Assembly: GCA_963735035.1 (NCBI GenBank) | Contig: CAVTJJ010000004.1 | Span: 448,001-512,000, forward strand | DNA: 64,000 nucleotides | Reading direction: 5' to 3' | Source: an uncultured candidate division Zixibacteria bacterium | GTDB taxonomy: Bacteria > Zixibacteria > MSB-5A5 > GN15 > FEB-12 | Shown: piece after piece, positions 41,465 through 52,515 of the stretch | Position numbering within the stretch: the stretch's first letter is position 1 | Layout: every line of letters starts with the position of its first letter | Position numbers and translations under genes: made by a program | The notes under the pieces: generated by a model | Told to the model about the DNA's origin: nothing | Database searches by the model: none | Seen by the model: only the letters and a program-made list of their open reading frames with translations

Positions 41465-42349
41465 CTACTTCTTTGCAGTCGCATATTGGCCGATCAGTGC
41501 GTCAACTATGACGCCGATCCGGCCCATGTTCTCTTTCGTCTCGGCTCCGATATGGGGTGCAAAGACACAGTTGGGAGCGCTCAGCAATGGGCAAGTCCAT
41601 TCCGGCGGATCGGAATACCAGACGTCGGTGGCGTACCCCGCTACCTTGCCGCTCTTGAGCGCCTCAGCCAGATCGCCTTCAGCGATGCATTTCCCGCGCC
41701 CGGTGTTTACAATGCGGACGCCGTCTTTCATTTTGGCGATGGACGTCTTGTTGATCATTCCTTTGGTCTGGTCGGTCAGCGGCATATGGAGCGAGAGGTA
41801 ATCCGCCTGCGCCAGTACTTCGTCTATTGTGGGAAGAATCTGGGCGGCATCGGAGAAAAACACGTACGGGTCGTACGCGATTACTTTCATGCCAAACGCC
41901 TTTGCTCGTGTAGCCAGAGCAGAGCCGATCTTGCCGATCCCGAGAATGCCGAGCGTCTTCCCGTACAATTCGGTTCTCTTGAGTTCCTTCTTGGCCCAGT
42001 TCTGCTGACGCATCGTGCTGTCGGCGCGAGTGATCTGGTTGGGAAGGGCGATCATCATGGCAAAAGCTAATTCGGCCACCGCCACGGTTGAAGCATCGGC
42101 GGTGTTGAATACCTGGATGCCTTTCCCCTTGGCGTAGGGAATATCGACATTGTCCAGACCGACCCCGCCTCGGATGACGAGCTTCATCTTAGGCGCGGCG
42201 TCAATGTACTCCTTGGTGACTTTGGTCTTACTGCGTATCAGCACTACTTCGGCCTCGGCCACGCGGCTCTGCTCGTCAGTCACTTCGCCGTATTTCTTGA
42301 GTCGCCCCGGCAGGGCGGAATCGAAAGCGTCTGATATTAATATAAGCAT
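41465..42349 (-). CDS. serA: D-3-phosphoglycerate dehydrogenase (short form, no ACT domain)
   Basis: R.GVGLDNVD, AVAEL, GIGKIG, LHMPL, N.GRG, DV, PHIGA.T; between serC and DUF1015. Confidence 0.8.
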   Translation of the reverse strand: MLILISDAFDSALPGRLKKYGEVTDEQSRVAEAEVVLIRSKTKVTKEYIDAAPKMKLVIRGGVGLDNVDIPYAKGKGIQVFNTADASTVAVAELAFAMMIALPNQITRADSTMRQQNWAKKELKRTELYGKTLGILGIGKIGSALATRAKAFGMKVIAYDPYVFFSDAAQILPTIDEVLAQADYLSLHMPLTDQTKGMINKTSIAKMKDGVRIVNTGRGKCIAEGDLAEALKSGKVAGYATDVWYSDPPEWTCPLLSAPNCVFAPHIGAETKENMGRIGVIVDALIGQYATAKK

Positions 42350-42370
42350 GGTTCGTATCCTCTATCTGAA

Positions 42371-43615
42371 TCAGTCTTTGAGTAAGTTCACAGCCAAACC
42401 ATCGCGAAGTTTCGGTTCAAACCAGGTCGATTTCGGAGGCATCACATCACCCGCATCGGCCACCTTCAAGAGCTGCTCAATCGAGGTCGGATAAAGCGAG
42501 AAAGCAATCTTGTAGTCGCCCGAGTCGACCAATTTCATCAGCTCGCCGTTCCCTCGAATACCGCCGACAAAATCAATCCGCTTGTCAGTCTTCGGGTCGG
42601 TAATGCCGAACTGAGGAGCCAGGAGATTGTCGGCGAGGATCGACGCGTCAATCGCCTTGGTCGGATGAGCGGCGTCGAAACTTCCCGGCTTCGCTTCGAG
42701 ACGGTGCCAGCGACCCTCACAATAGACGCCAAACACGTGCACCTTCTCGGGCTCTACAGGCGTGCCGCTCGGAGTGACTTCAAAATGTTGTTTGGCTTTC
42801 TGCCAGACCTGGTCAAGGGTCATGCCGTTAAGGTCCTTGACGACCCGATTGTACGGCAGAATCCGAAGATCCCGGTCGGGGAACAGTACATTCAGGAAGA
42901 AGTTGTAAGTCTCGTTGCCCGTATGATGGGGGTTCTTCTCTTTGAACCTTCGGCACACTTCAGACGCCGATTGGCTCCGGTGATGGCCGTCGGCGATGTA
43001 CATGTATTTCAACTTCCCGAAGGCTGCAACCAAAGCATCGATAGTCGGTTGGTCGTTGACCACCCATAGTTCGTGGCGAACCGTGTCATCCGCCTCAAAG
43101 TCGATAGTCGGCGCCTGTGACGATATCTTCCTGAATAGCTGATCGATGGTGGGATCGAAACGAAAAGCCGTGAAGACCGGCCCCACCTGGGCTTCCAGAA
43201 TGCCTATATGGTCAGCGCGGTCGCGAACTTTCTCGGGTCGGGTGTGCTCGTGCTTCTTGATGATGCCGGCATCGTACTCCGCGACCGAAGTAAGCGCCGT
43301 CAGACCGGTCTGGCTGCGGCCACGCCAGGTGAGGCGATAGAGGTAGAAGCAGGGGTTGGCGTCCCGAATCATAACACCGGAATCGGCCAGACGCTGCAGG
43401 TTCTCTTTGCCGCGCAGATAGACCTCGCGGCTGTACGGATTGACACCGTCGTCGAAATCTATTTCGGACTTGTTGACGTGCAGGAACGAGTTGGGATTGC
43501 CCTTGGCCATAGCCCGTGCCTCCCGCGAATTGAGAACATCGTACGGGGGACACGCAACCTGTTTGGCCAACTCGGGTCTTGGGCGGAGACCACGAAAGGG
43601 GCGGACTGTCGCCAT
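42371..43615 (-). CDS. DUF1015-family protein
   Basis: PF.GLRP, PPYDV, IKKHE.TR, YIADGHHR, MPPKSTWFEPKLR.GL. Confidence 0.85.
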   Translation of the reverse strand: MATVRPFRGLRPRPELAKQVACPPYDVLNSREARAMAKGNPNSFLHVNKSEIDFDDGVNPYSREVYLRGKENLQRLADSGVMIRDANPCFYLYRLTWRGRSQTGLTALTSVAEYDAGIIKKHEHTRPEKVRDRADHIGILEAQVGPVFTAFRFDPTIDQLFRKISSQAPTIDFEADDTVRHELWVVNDQPTIDALVAAFGKLKYMYIADGHHRSQSASEVCRRFKEKNPHHTGNETYNFFLNVLFPDRDLRILPYNRVVKDLNGMTLDQVWQKAKQHFEVTPSGTPVEPEKVHVFGVYCEGRWHRLEAKPGSFDAAHPTKAIDASILADNLLAPQFGITDPKTDKRIDFVGGIRGNGELMKLVDSGDYKIAFSLYPTSIEQLLKVADAGDVMPPKSTWFEPKLRDGLAVNLLKD

Positions 43616-43999
43616 CGAAAAAACCTCACTTCTCGCTGCTATAACAAAATCGCTACACTGCCCGGTAATAATAGCGGTTGGACGATCAATATCAATTGAA
43701 TTCGTGGCGCATGGGTGGTGTCTATGACAGCAAACGAGAAAATCAAGAGGCAGGCGAATTTCGTCACTGTTACATAGTATCTGAACGTAGGCAGCATGAA
43801 CCAGAAGCACACGTCGATAGACTAACGTCGGAGCAAGAATTGCCTACCTACGATGTCTGGTTTCGGCGAGCGCTTCTTAGCCCGAGAGGTGCACGAACGG
43901 TTCATGGTTGATGATCCCGGGCGGCGCGGGATCTGCGCCGCGATGTCTGTCTGGCGGTGATTTCCCCTCGTTCGGATCAGGGTCGAATTAGATCAAATG

Positions 44000-44030
44000 A
44001 AAAGGCCGGTGTATGACCGGCCTTCTTCGA
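44000..44030 (-). terminator. Terminator hairpin
   Basis: AAGGCCGGT-GTATG-ACCGGCCTT with A/T flanks downstream of the SWIB gene. Confidence 0.6.
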
Positions 44031-44048
44031 AACAATCTGGAAGAAAGA

Positions 44049-44531
44049 CTACTTCATGTGCTTGGAGACCAACTTGGTCATCTCAAACATCGAAACTTTC
44101 TTCTTGCCGCCGAAGACGCGGGTCAGCTTGTCGTCGGCGTTGATCATCCGACGGTTGACCTTGTCCTGGAGCCCGTTCTTCTTGATATAGGCCCAGAGCT
44201 TCTTGGTCACTTCGGTCCGCGGTTTCGGATCGCCACCGACTACGGCGCCGAGATCGGCCGACAGGTTCATTGGGCGCATGAAAGCCGGATTCGGTTTCCG
44301 CTTTGCTTTGGCCTTCTTGGCTGCCGGTTTCTTCTTGGCTACCTTTTTCTTGGCAACCTTCTTCTTGGCTACCTTTTTCTTAGCCGGCTTCTTCTTAGCC
44401 ACCTTCTTCTTTGCAGGCTTCTTGCCAACTTTCTTCTTGGCGGCTTTTTTCTTCGCAGTCTTCTTCGCGGTCTTTTTCTTTGCGACTTTCTTCTTAGCGG
44501 TCTTCTTGACGGCTTTCTTCTTTGCTGGCAT
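44049..44531 (-). CDS. SWIB/MDM2-domain protein with histone H1-like Lys/Ala-rich N-terminus
   Basis: (AKKK[V/P/T])n repeats, then PRTEVTKKLWAYIKKNGLQD...R.INAD.KL..VFGG...SMFEM. Confidence 0.88.
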   Translation of the reverse strand: MPAKKKAVKKTAKKKVAKKKTAKKTAKKKAAKKKVGKKPAKKKVAKKKPAKKKVAKKKVAKKKVAKKKPAAKKAKAKRKPNPAFMRPMNLSADLGAVVGGDPKPRTEVTKKLWAYIKKNGLQDKVNRRMINADDKLTRVFGGKKKVSMFEMTKLVSKHMK

Positions 44532-44749
44532 CGTATGCTCCTTTAGCATTGGGTTTGGTTGTTATTCCCTGTTTCTCTATGCGCATCTGAATCAATGTCG
44601 TTCTCTTCATGAACGCATTTCTTCTTCTTATGAAACAAAGAAACAATGCAGTTTAATCTTTTTGCAAGAAAAAATTATTGCATTCGGCAGTATTTTTTTC
44701 ACGACGCCCTGCTTGTCTTCGTTTGCTTACATCTTCGACGCGTCGCATG

Positions 44750-45943
44750 CTAGCCGCATCGCAGTTCCACCAGAGGCGCTTCGGTAGGACATCCCAGACG
44801 GAACGGGAACCAGTGCCCCGCTCCACAGGTGGTGTATAGACGCGATGTGTCTATCGTGTATTCTCCCCATAGGTAGCCGTGCGGGAGGAATTCCTCCAGT
44901 GCGGAACGCCCGTCGAATCCTATCTGTCCGCCATGGGTGTGACCCGCCAGCGTGAGGTCCACCCGACGCTCCGCGGCATAGGGGAAAACGTCGGGTCGAT
45001 GACTCATCAGCACGGTGAATGTACCGGCAGGGGAGCCCTCGAGAGTAGCGCTAAGGCAGCGCGGGAAAAAGTCTTTGTTCACTGACGCGAGCCGTATCGG
45101 GTCGTCCAGTCCACCGAGGAGAAACACGATTCCATCCGATTTGACCACTACGTGCTGGTTCACCAGCAGAGGAACGGGTGACTTGGCATAGGCGGCTTTT
45201 ACCTCGGCGACACCGCGGAAATACTCGTGATTCCCCAGGGTGGCATAGCAGCCCAGCCGTGGGTACAGGGTGTGAATCAGATCGATCGCAGCCGGGAGAA
45301 TGCGGAGATCGTCCGAGACGTCCCCGGTCACCAGCACCAGATCGGGCGAGTGCGTTCTCGCTTCGGCGAGAATCCGCTCCAGATTGTCAAGCGAGGTATA
45401 GTGCCCCAGGTGAAGATCGGATAGCTGCAGGATGCGGAGCCCGTCGAGAGCGGGCGGAAGGTCTTTGAATCGAAAAGTCATAGGGCGGATGCGAGCATCG
45501 GCATAGGCAGCGCTTACCCCGGTGAGCCCGGACGTGATCGTTACCAGCGGCACTGCCGCCGCCGCGCTCTTGAGGAATATGCGACGCTTAGTGTCTGGTA
45601 CGTCATCTGGGTATTTAGCTTCTCGTCTGCGGGTCAGTAATCGCTCGATCTGATGCATCGCCCCTGAGACGGGAAGCGAGAGCATGAGCGCCATTTCGAG
45701 CACCACCGCCACGACGGCCAGCGGCGCCGCGACGGTTGAAAGCAGTCCTATCTGATGGTATGTCCCCACGCCGACCAGGATCATTGATACTACCCCGACA
45801 ATGGGCAGGGACCAGGCCGAGCGGCGAATCCATTTCTTTTCCCACCAGACCCGGTTGAGCTTGCGGAGTAACAATAGCTGTATCACCCCGAAAATCAGGA
45901 TGACAATGGAGACGAAGATGATGAAAAAGAAGATCTTAATCAT
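44750..45943 (-). CDS. Membrane-anchored metallophosphoesterase (YkuE-like)
   Basis: SDLH, TGD, GNHE, SHRP, GHTHGGQ; N-terminal TM helices and an internal RR.FLK motif. Confidence 0.88.
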   Translation of the reverse strand: MIKIFFFIIFVSIVILIFGVIQLLLLRKLNRVWWEKKWIRRSAWSLPIVGVVSMILVGVGTYHQIGLLSTVAAPLAVVAVVLEMALMLSLPVSGAMHQIERLLTRRREAKYPDDVPDTKRRIFLKSAAAAVPLVTITSGLTGVSAAYADARIRPMTFRFKDLPPALDGLRILQLSDLHLGHYTSLDNLERILAEARTHSPDLVLVTGDVSDDLRILPAAIDLIHTLYPRLGCYATLGNHEYFRGVAEVKAAYAKSPVPLLVNQHVVVKSDGIVFLLGGLDDPIRLASVNKDFFPRCLSATLEGSPAGTFTVLMSHRPDVFPYAAERRVDLTLAGHTHGGQIGFDGRSALEEFLPHGYLWGEYTIDTSRLYTTCGAGHWFPFRLGCPTEAPLVELRCG

Positions 45944-46067
45944 TGCGAAAAGGGCCGGCACGTTGCCGCACCGGCCGGTTTCCATTTCTTCTGCGCAGTA
46001 TCGAACATCCCTGCCTGACAGCGGTTATACGCACCGACCGCGGCCCGGGTTGCGTAATTTGGTTCGC

Positions 46068-46475
46068 AGGTAGGTCGGGTTCACGAGTCGTTCGCAGAGC
46101 GAACGACGAGCAACCCGACACCATTAAAGTCACACTGAGCTTGTCGAAGTGTGATTCCGCTATCAACCGGTGTCGGGTTGTTCGAATTTCGCTTCGCTCA
46201 ATTCTCATGAACCCGACCTACGATTCCATCCACGGCAGGCACAGAGGCCTGCCGATCACGCGGCGAAGGTTGTGTCAGTTCCTGCTCCGTGCCCGCCGGA
46301 GGCGGGGACGGAGTGTGAACTGACACGTTGTCGGTCCGCAATTTCACGCGTCAGGTCACACCGCCTCCGACTTCGTCGGCGTCGGCAAGACCCGACGCAA
46401 CAGTGAATGCGGCAGATGTGGACATCTGCCGGGCACGTGTAGTGCGTGATCGGCAGGGTTCCATCCCTGCCGGTC
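46068..46475. repeat. REP-like palindrome cluster
   Basis: GTAGGTCGGGTTC...GAACCCGACCTAC; GCAGATGTGGACATCTGC; CGGCAGGGTTCCATCCCTGCCG. Confidence 0.7.
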
Positions 46476-46481
46476 GTTCAC

Positions 46482-47997
<1,516 letters not shown>

Positions 47998-48143
47998 GGG
48001 AGGGTTCTCCTGTTATGTGAGAGCTTGCATATTTTGATCTTATACGCCGGCCGGGGGCTGGGCGATTGTACGCCGTCACACGGGTATTCTCCCGACCGGG
48101 ACGACCAAGATAGGTGACGGGTGCAAAGAAGGCAAGAGGGGGG

Positions 48144-48551
48144 TTAGTCGAGGAATTCAAGAAGGCGCAGAGTCAGGTAGTCTACATCTCTCGTTTGACA
48201 TTCCCAAACCACTAAGTAGTTCCAGCCCATGGCATGAAGTCGGCGGTGGTTACGGTGATCCCTTGCGACGTTGGAGCGGCGCTTGGAAGCCCAATAGACA
48301 GGATTCGTCTGAGGGGTTACCATGCCTCGGCGGCAACAGTGCATGTGCCAGAAGCACCCATTCACAAAAATGACCTTCTTATGTCGCGGAAAGACGATGT
48401 CTGGTTTTCCAGGGAGATTTGTGACGTGAAGGCGATATCGAAATCCAATGCAGTGGGCAAACCGACGCACCACCATTTCTGGCTTTGTGTCAACGGAGCG
48501 TATCGCCTTCATGTTCTTGCGACGCTCCGTTGCTGTCAAATTATCTGCCAT
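48144..48551 (-). CDS. vsr: Very-short-patch repair endonuclease
   Basis: D..T...R..NM.AIRS.DTKPE, LPGKPDIV, IFVNGCFWH.H, VWEC. Confidence 0.93.
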   Translation of the reverse strand: MADNLTATERRKNMKAIRSVDTKPEMVVRRFAHCIGFRYRLHVTNLPGKPDIVFPRHKKVIFVNGCFWHMHCCRRGMVTPQTNPVYWASKRRSNVARDHRNHRRLHAMGWNYLVVWECQTRDVDYLTLRLLEFLD

Positions 48552-48558
48552 CGACGGA

Positions 48559-49527
48559 TTACACTGCGAAATCCATGTAGTAGGTTTCGTCGTCTATCTT
48601 GTAGAAGACAACATCTGTGCGGCCATATCGCTCAAGATGTTCCCTGAGCAGATACGTTCCTAAAGGGACAGAAAGTCGATTTCTGAAGTACTCACCCAAG
48701 AGACTGTTGTTGTGAGGGGTGTGAATTGCCTTATCATTGTCTTGCGCGCGCGAACAAATGAATACTTTCCCATCATCCGTTAGAACCGTAAACTGAATAG
48801 CCTTCGGAGGGAAGAAGTCTGACTTGTATACTTCGGCACGCAAATTGATATAAGCCTGATTCGGCTCGCGCCCTTCCCGTTGTCCCCAATTGAGACCAGA
48901 GTGCGTGCCAAGTTCACCTGTACGTGTAACAAATGAAACACGCACAGACCGCAACCCGACTACATTTGGTGAGACCGCATCCATTTCCTCTGTCGCTGTC
49001 CTTATCAGTTCTCGGCGGCGTCTGTAAAGGTCCTCATTGAAGACAGTTACAAATGCCTCGGCATCTTGATGCGTGCAGTAAATGGTCTCATTGCACAACT
49101 CTTGGTAATAGCGGCGCGCATCTTCGGCTGGAGCCATCGTCAGGGCTTCTCTTTGGTTTTCTCCGAATGCGGTCTGAGTATAATTAGCCGATCCAACATA
49201 GGCAGACAACGGTCTGTCTTCGCGAAGCCAGATATATACCTTTGAATGCGCGGGTGGACGTTTGACGAGATAACTACACTCAAAGATTCCCGGGAAATCT
49301 TGCTCAACAAGTTTGCATAACCCTCTGTGATTTCCAACAGTCAAGCCGTCGACTGGACACATACCAACGATGAGCCCGACTCTAATGTTATCACGAATGG
49401 TCTTGGCTTCAGAAATGTGCCTAAATGCCATGGCTGCAGTCGCATACCCGGATACAACAAGGAGTTCATCTGCCCCTTGACGCAACGGGTCTATGAGAAC
49501 CCGTTCATAAAGATCTGTCACAATCAT
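48559..49527 (-). CDS. PLD-superfamily restriction endonuclease (NgoFVII-like)
   Basis: VSGYA, HSKVYIW...YVGSANYT (HxK..GSxN), C-terminal SGLNWGQ...AYI DNA-binding region; between a C5 MTase and vsr. Confidence 0.78.
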   Translation of the reverse strand: MIVTDLYERVLIDPLRQGADELLVVSGYATAAMAFRHISEAKTIRDNIRVGLIVGMCPVDGLTVGNHRGLCKLVEQDFPGIFECSYLVKRPPAHSKVYIWLREDRPLSAYVGSANYTQTAFGENQREALTMAPAEDARRYYQELCNETIYCTHQDAEAFVTVFNEDLYRRRRELIRTATEEMDAVSPNVVGLRSVRVSFVTRTGELGTHSGLNWGQREGREPNQAYINLRAEVYKSDFFPPKAIQFTVLTDDGKVFICSRAQDNDKAIHTPHNNSLLGEYFRNRLSVPLGTYLLREHLERYGRTDVVFYKIDDETYYMDFAV

Positions 49528-50618
49528 ACCAACAATGCCTTGTCTACTGGTACTGACATATTAGCCTCGACGTATTCATATGGCACACCCGCAAGACTCT
49601 TTAGAATAGCTTCAAACACAACCTTGGCACCAAGCGGAGGGACTGCCATTCCGATCTGCTTTCTTACACTCTCCTTGGATCCGCAGAAGATGAAATCATC
49701 TGGAAAGGTTTGTAACCTTGCTCTTTCGCGGTTAGTTAGAGCCCGATTTTCTTTCCAATGGTAGACATGTGTGCCGCCCCCCCCGCTGCCTGTCACCGTG
49801 TAAGAAGGCTTATCTGGATGCAGACGCTTATATATCTGGCTAATACGTGCTCCGGTAATGTTAAGCTGTAGATTTTGTGGCACATTGGCTGTGAAGGCGT
49901 TCTCTCCGGGCTTTATGTATTTCAACCGCTCGATTACCACAGGTGATTGTTTTGTGAAGTCGTGGTTGGGGGCATCTACAGCAATCGGCGGGTCAGTAAG
50001 CGCTTTTCGGCTAGAGATGTCTGCTTCGGTGAAACGACTCGGCGACGGTACTTGATACTTGATATCAATATCGTCTCTGATTCCTACAATAAGAATCCTG
50101 TGGCGCGTTTGCGGGACGCCGTATTGCTCGAACTTATATAGGTTTGGATATAGGCGGTATCCTTTGTGGATAAACGCCAGCATAATTGCCTCAAGCGCAT
50201 TACCATCGTTCGAATTCCTCAGCCCCCCGACATTCTCAGCTAAGAACCACGTAGGTCTAAAATGGGCCAGAGCAAGCGCGCAGTACTTGTATAGCGGCCC
50301 AAATACTCCGTCCGTGCCTTTCTGCTCGCCGACAACGCTGAAATCGTTGCAGGGAAAGCCGAACGCAAGCGCATCGACGGGGGAAATCTTGTCGAGAACC
50401 CTAAAGTCCAGCTTTCTAATGTCCTTGCAGACCACTCTTCGTTTGTCTTCTGTTGATAAATTCTTGCGATAGGTTTCGCACGTGTCTTTGTCGTAGTCTG
50501 TTGCCCAGGCTAATCCGACCGCGTGAGCCTTTGTGGTTCCTGTAGCTCCCGCCAATTTGGCCCCCAGCCCCAACCCGCCGGGCCCGCAAAAGAGTTCACC
50601 TAACTTGTAAATCATCAC
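49524..50618 (-). CDS. dcm: DNA (cytosine-5)-methyltransferase
   Basis: LFCGPGG (I), GFPCNDFS (IV), ENV (VI), YGVPQ.R.R (VIII), RERARLQTFPD (IX), QIG.AVPP (X). Confidence 0.93.
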   Translation of the reverse strand: MMIYKLGELFCGPGGLGLGAKLAGATGTTKAHAVGLAWATDYDKDTCETYRKNLSTEDKRRVVCKDIRKLDFRVLDKISPVDALAFGFPCNDFSVVGEQKGTDGVFGPLYKYCALALAHFRPTWFLAENVGGLRNSNDGNALEAIMLAFIHKGYRLYPNLYKFEQYGVPQTRHRILIVGIRDDIDIKYQVPSPSRFTEADISSRKALTDPPIAVDAPNHDFTKQSPVVIERLKYIKPGENAFTANVPQNLQLNITGARISQIYKRLHPDKPSYTVTGSGGGGTHVYHWKENRALTNRERARLQTFPDDFIFCGSKESVRKQIGMAVPPLGAKVVFEAILKSLAGVPYEYVEANMSVPVDKALLV

Positions 50619-50800
50619 AGTATATTACTACTTTCCGGCGGCTTCGGTCTAATTACTGGGCGTGGTATTCCAAGATTGACTAGCCCATCCAACCCTATAC
50701 ATAGTAGCGGGCGTGCGGTAAGAAAGTCAATCACAAACTAATTGTTGTAGGGCCCATCCCCCCCTATATTCCCCGGCACACGCGTATCAGGAAAAAGATT

Positions 50801-51661
50801 ATGACAGACTATAAATCAGAAGAAGCCGACAAGCTCCTCGGCCAGGAATTCAAAGTCCTCGACCACGGGTTCGTCCGACTCGTCGATTTCATGGGCGACG
50901 ACGGCGCCATTGTCCAGGCCGCCCGGGTCAGCTACGGCAAAGGGACCAAGAAAGTCTCCCGCGACCGCGAGCTCATCCGCTACCTGCTCGGCCACCAGCA
51001 CACGTCGCCGTTCGAAATGGTCGAGTTCAAGTTTCATGTCAAGCTCCCCATTTTTGTCGCGCGGCAGTGGATTCGCCACCGGACCGCCAATGTCAACGAA
51101 TACTCCGGCCGCTACTCGGTCATGAAAGAGGAATTCTACCAGCCGGAACCCGACCAGATCAGGCTGCAGTCCGAGGTCAACAAGCAGGGGCGCTCCGATG
51201 ACCCCGCACCGGCCGAACTTCGCGACGACTTCCTCACGCACTCAACCGAAATGCAGAAGCGGGCGTACGAGAAGTACAACGGATACCTTACGGCCGGTCT
51301 CGCCCGCGAACTGGCGCGAGTCAATCTGCCGCTCTCGCTTTACACCGAGTGGTATTGGAAGATCGACCTGCACAATCTGATGCATTTCCTGAAGCTTCGG
51401 ATCGACCCTCACGCCCAGTACGAAATCCGTCAGTACGCCCTCGCCATGGGGGAGATAGTCAAGGTCGTCTGCCCGATCACGTGGGAGGCGTTCGAGGATT
51501 ACATTCTGAAAGCGCAGCGCTTCTCGGCGATCGAGTTACGCATTCTCAAGAAGACGCTCGACGGTTTTGCGTCGAATCAAGAAGCGCTGGTGGAGGCGGG
51601 GCTGTCGACGCTTGAAGCGGCAGAGTTTATCGACAAGCTGGGGAAGATTAAGAAGTTGTAG
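50801..51661 (+). CDS. thyX: FAD-dependent thymidylate synthase
   Basis: AARVSY, H.SPFE, PIFVARQWIRHR....NEYSGRY, RELAR..LP, HAQYEIR. Confidence 0.95.
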   Translation: MTDYKSEEADKLLGQEFKVLDHGFVRLVDFMGDDGAIVQAARVSYGKGTKKVSRDRELIRYLLGHQHTSPFEMVEFKFHVKLPIFVARQWIRHRTANVNEYSGRYSVMKEEFYQPEPDQIRLQSEVNKQGRSDDPAPAELRDDFLTHSTEMQKRAYEKYNGYLTAGLARELARVNLPLSLYTEWYWKIDLHNLMHFLKLRIDPHAQYEIRQYALAMGEIVKVVCPITWEAFEDYILKAQRFSAIELRILKKTLDGFASNQEALVEAGLSTLEAAEFIDKLGKIKKL

Positions 51662-51694
51662 TCGATTGGCGGGTTTGAAGCAAACCCGTACTAC

Positions 51695-52302
51695 CTGTCC
51701 TGCCCCGGCTTGACCGGGGCACCCAAGGGTTGTGAGTCGACTCTTACGTGTAATTACATCAATAGAGTAGACGGCCGCCAGGCCGTCACACCGGTGTAAA
51801 CCGGTGCCCAGTTGTGATGGCAGAATCGTTGCCGTAAATGTTGGCAATTACCGTCGCAGGGATTGATCGAACATAAGCGGTAGCTCCTCGTCTAAAACAA
51901 CTGGGTTCTGGCTTCCGCCAGAATGACGGGGCTGTCGCCCTGTTATAACGATGGCGTTGGCTTGTAGGTCAGGCGGACTCGACGCCTGACGGCACGCCAT
52001 CGGCGGCCCTTTTCATGGACGGAGCGCCAGTTCCGTCATGCCCGAGTAGTCGGGCACCCATGACCACTCGCGGTTGCAAAAGAGCTTACGCTTCACAGGA
52101 GGAAGAGAGTTCGATCGGAAATGTTCCTTCCCCAGTGGAGCAATACATATTCTTACAGCATCGGCTACCATGGGCCCCCGACGTCTCGGGGGTGACGGGG
52201 CGGACGCTCCGTTATAGCGATGGCGTTGGTTCGTAGGTCAGGCGGACTTGACGCCTGACGTGGCGAGGCGAAAATGTCAGGCCCCGAGTTGGCCTGACCT
52301 AC
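51695..52302. repeat. Composite REP/MITE cluster
   Basis: Element homologous to 3110-3280; direct repeat GTTATA(A/G)CGATGGCGTTGG...GTAGGTCAGGCGGACT(C/T)GACGCCTGACG at ~51942 and ~52211. Confidence 0.7.
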
Positions 52303-52480
52303 TGGGATAAGCACCCCGTCTTCTTGTGGCAGTTGCAGAATTGAGACGTGAGTATCTGTCACCTGAAATTATTGCGTATGCGAGATACTCAAAGAAGTCC
52401 GGTACGCAAAAAGTCTTTCATAACAACTGTTAATATCGACGGGCGATTCACGAATTGGGGACGGACAAGCTACATATTCC

Positions 52481-52509
52481 TTGACAGGAGGAGCCGTCCG
52501 AATTATCTT
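52481..52509 (+). promoter_or_regulatory. sigma70-type promoter
   Basis: TTGACA-N17-TATCTT; no downstream ORF before the terminator. Confidence 0.7.
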
Positions 52510-52515
52510 GGCATT

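Noticed and set aside
44013..44787. Hydrophobic repetitive plus-strand ORFs (FFLAT repeats)
   Set aside because: Antisense of the Lys-rich SWIB gene.
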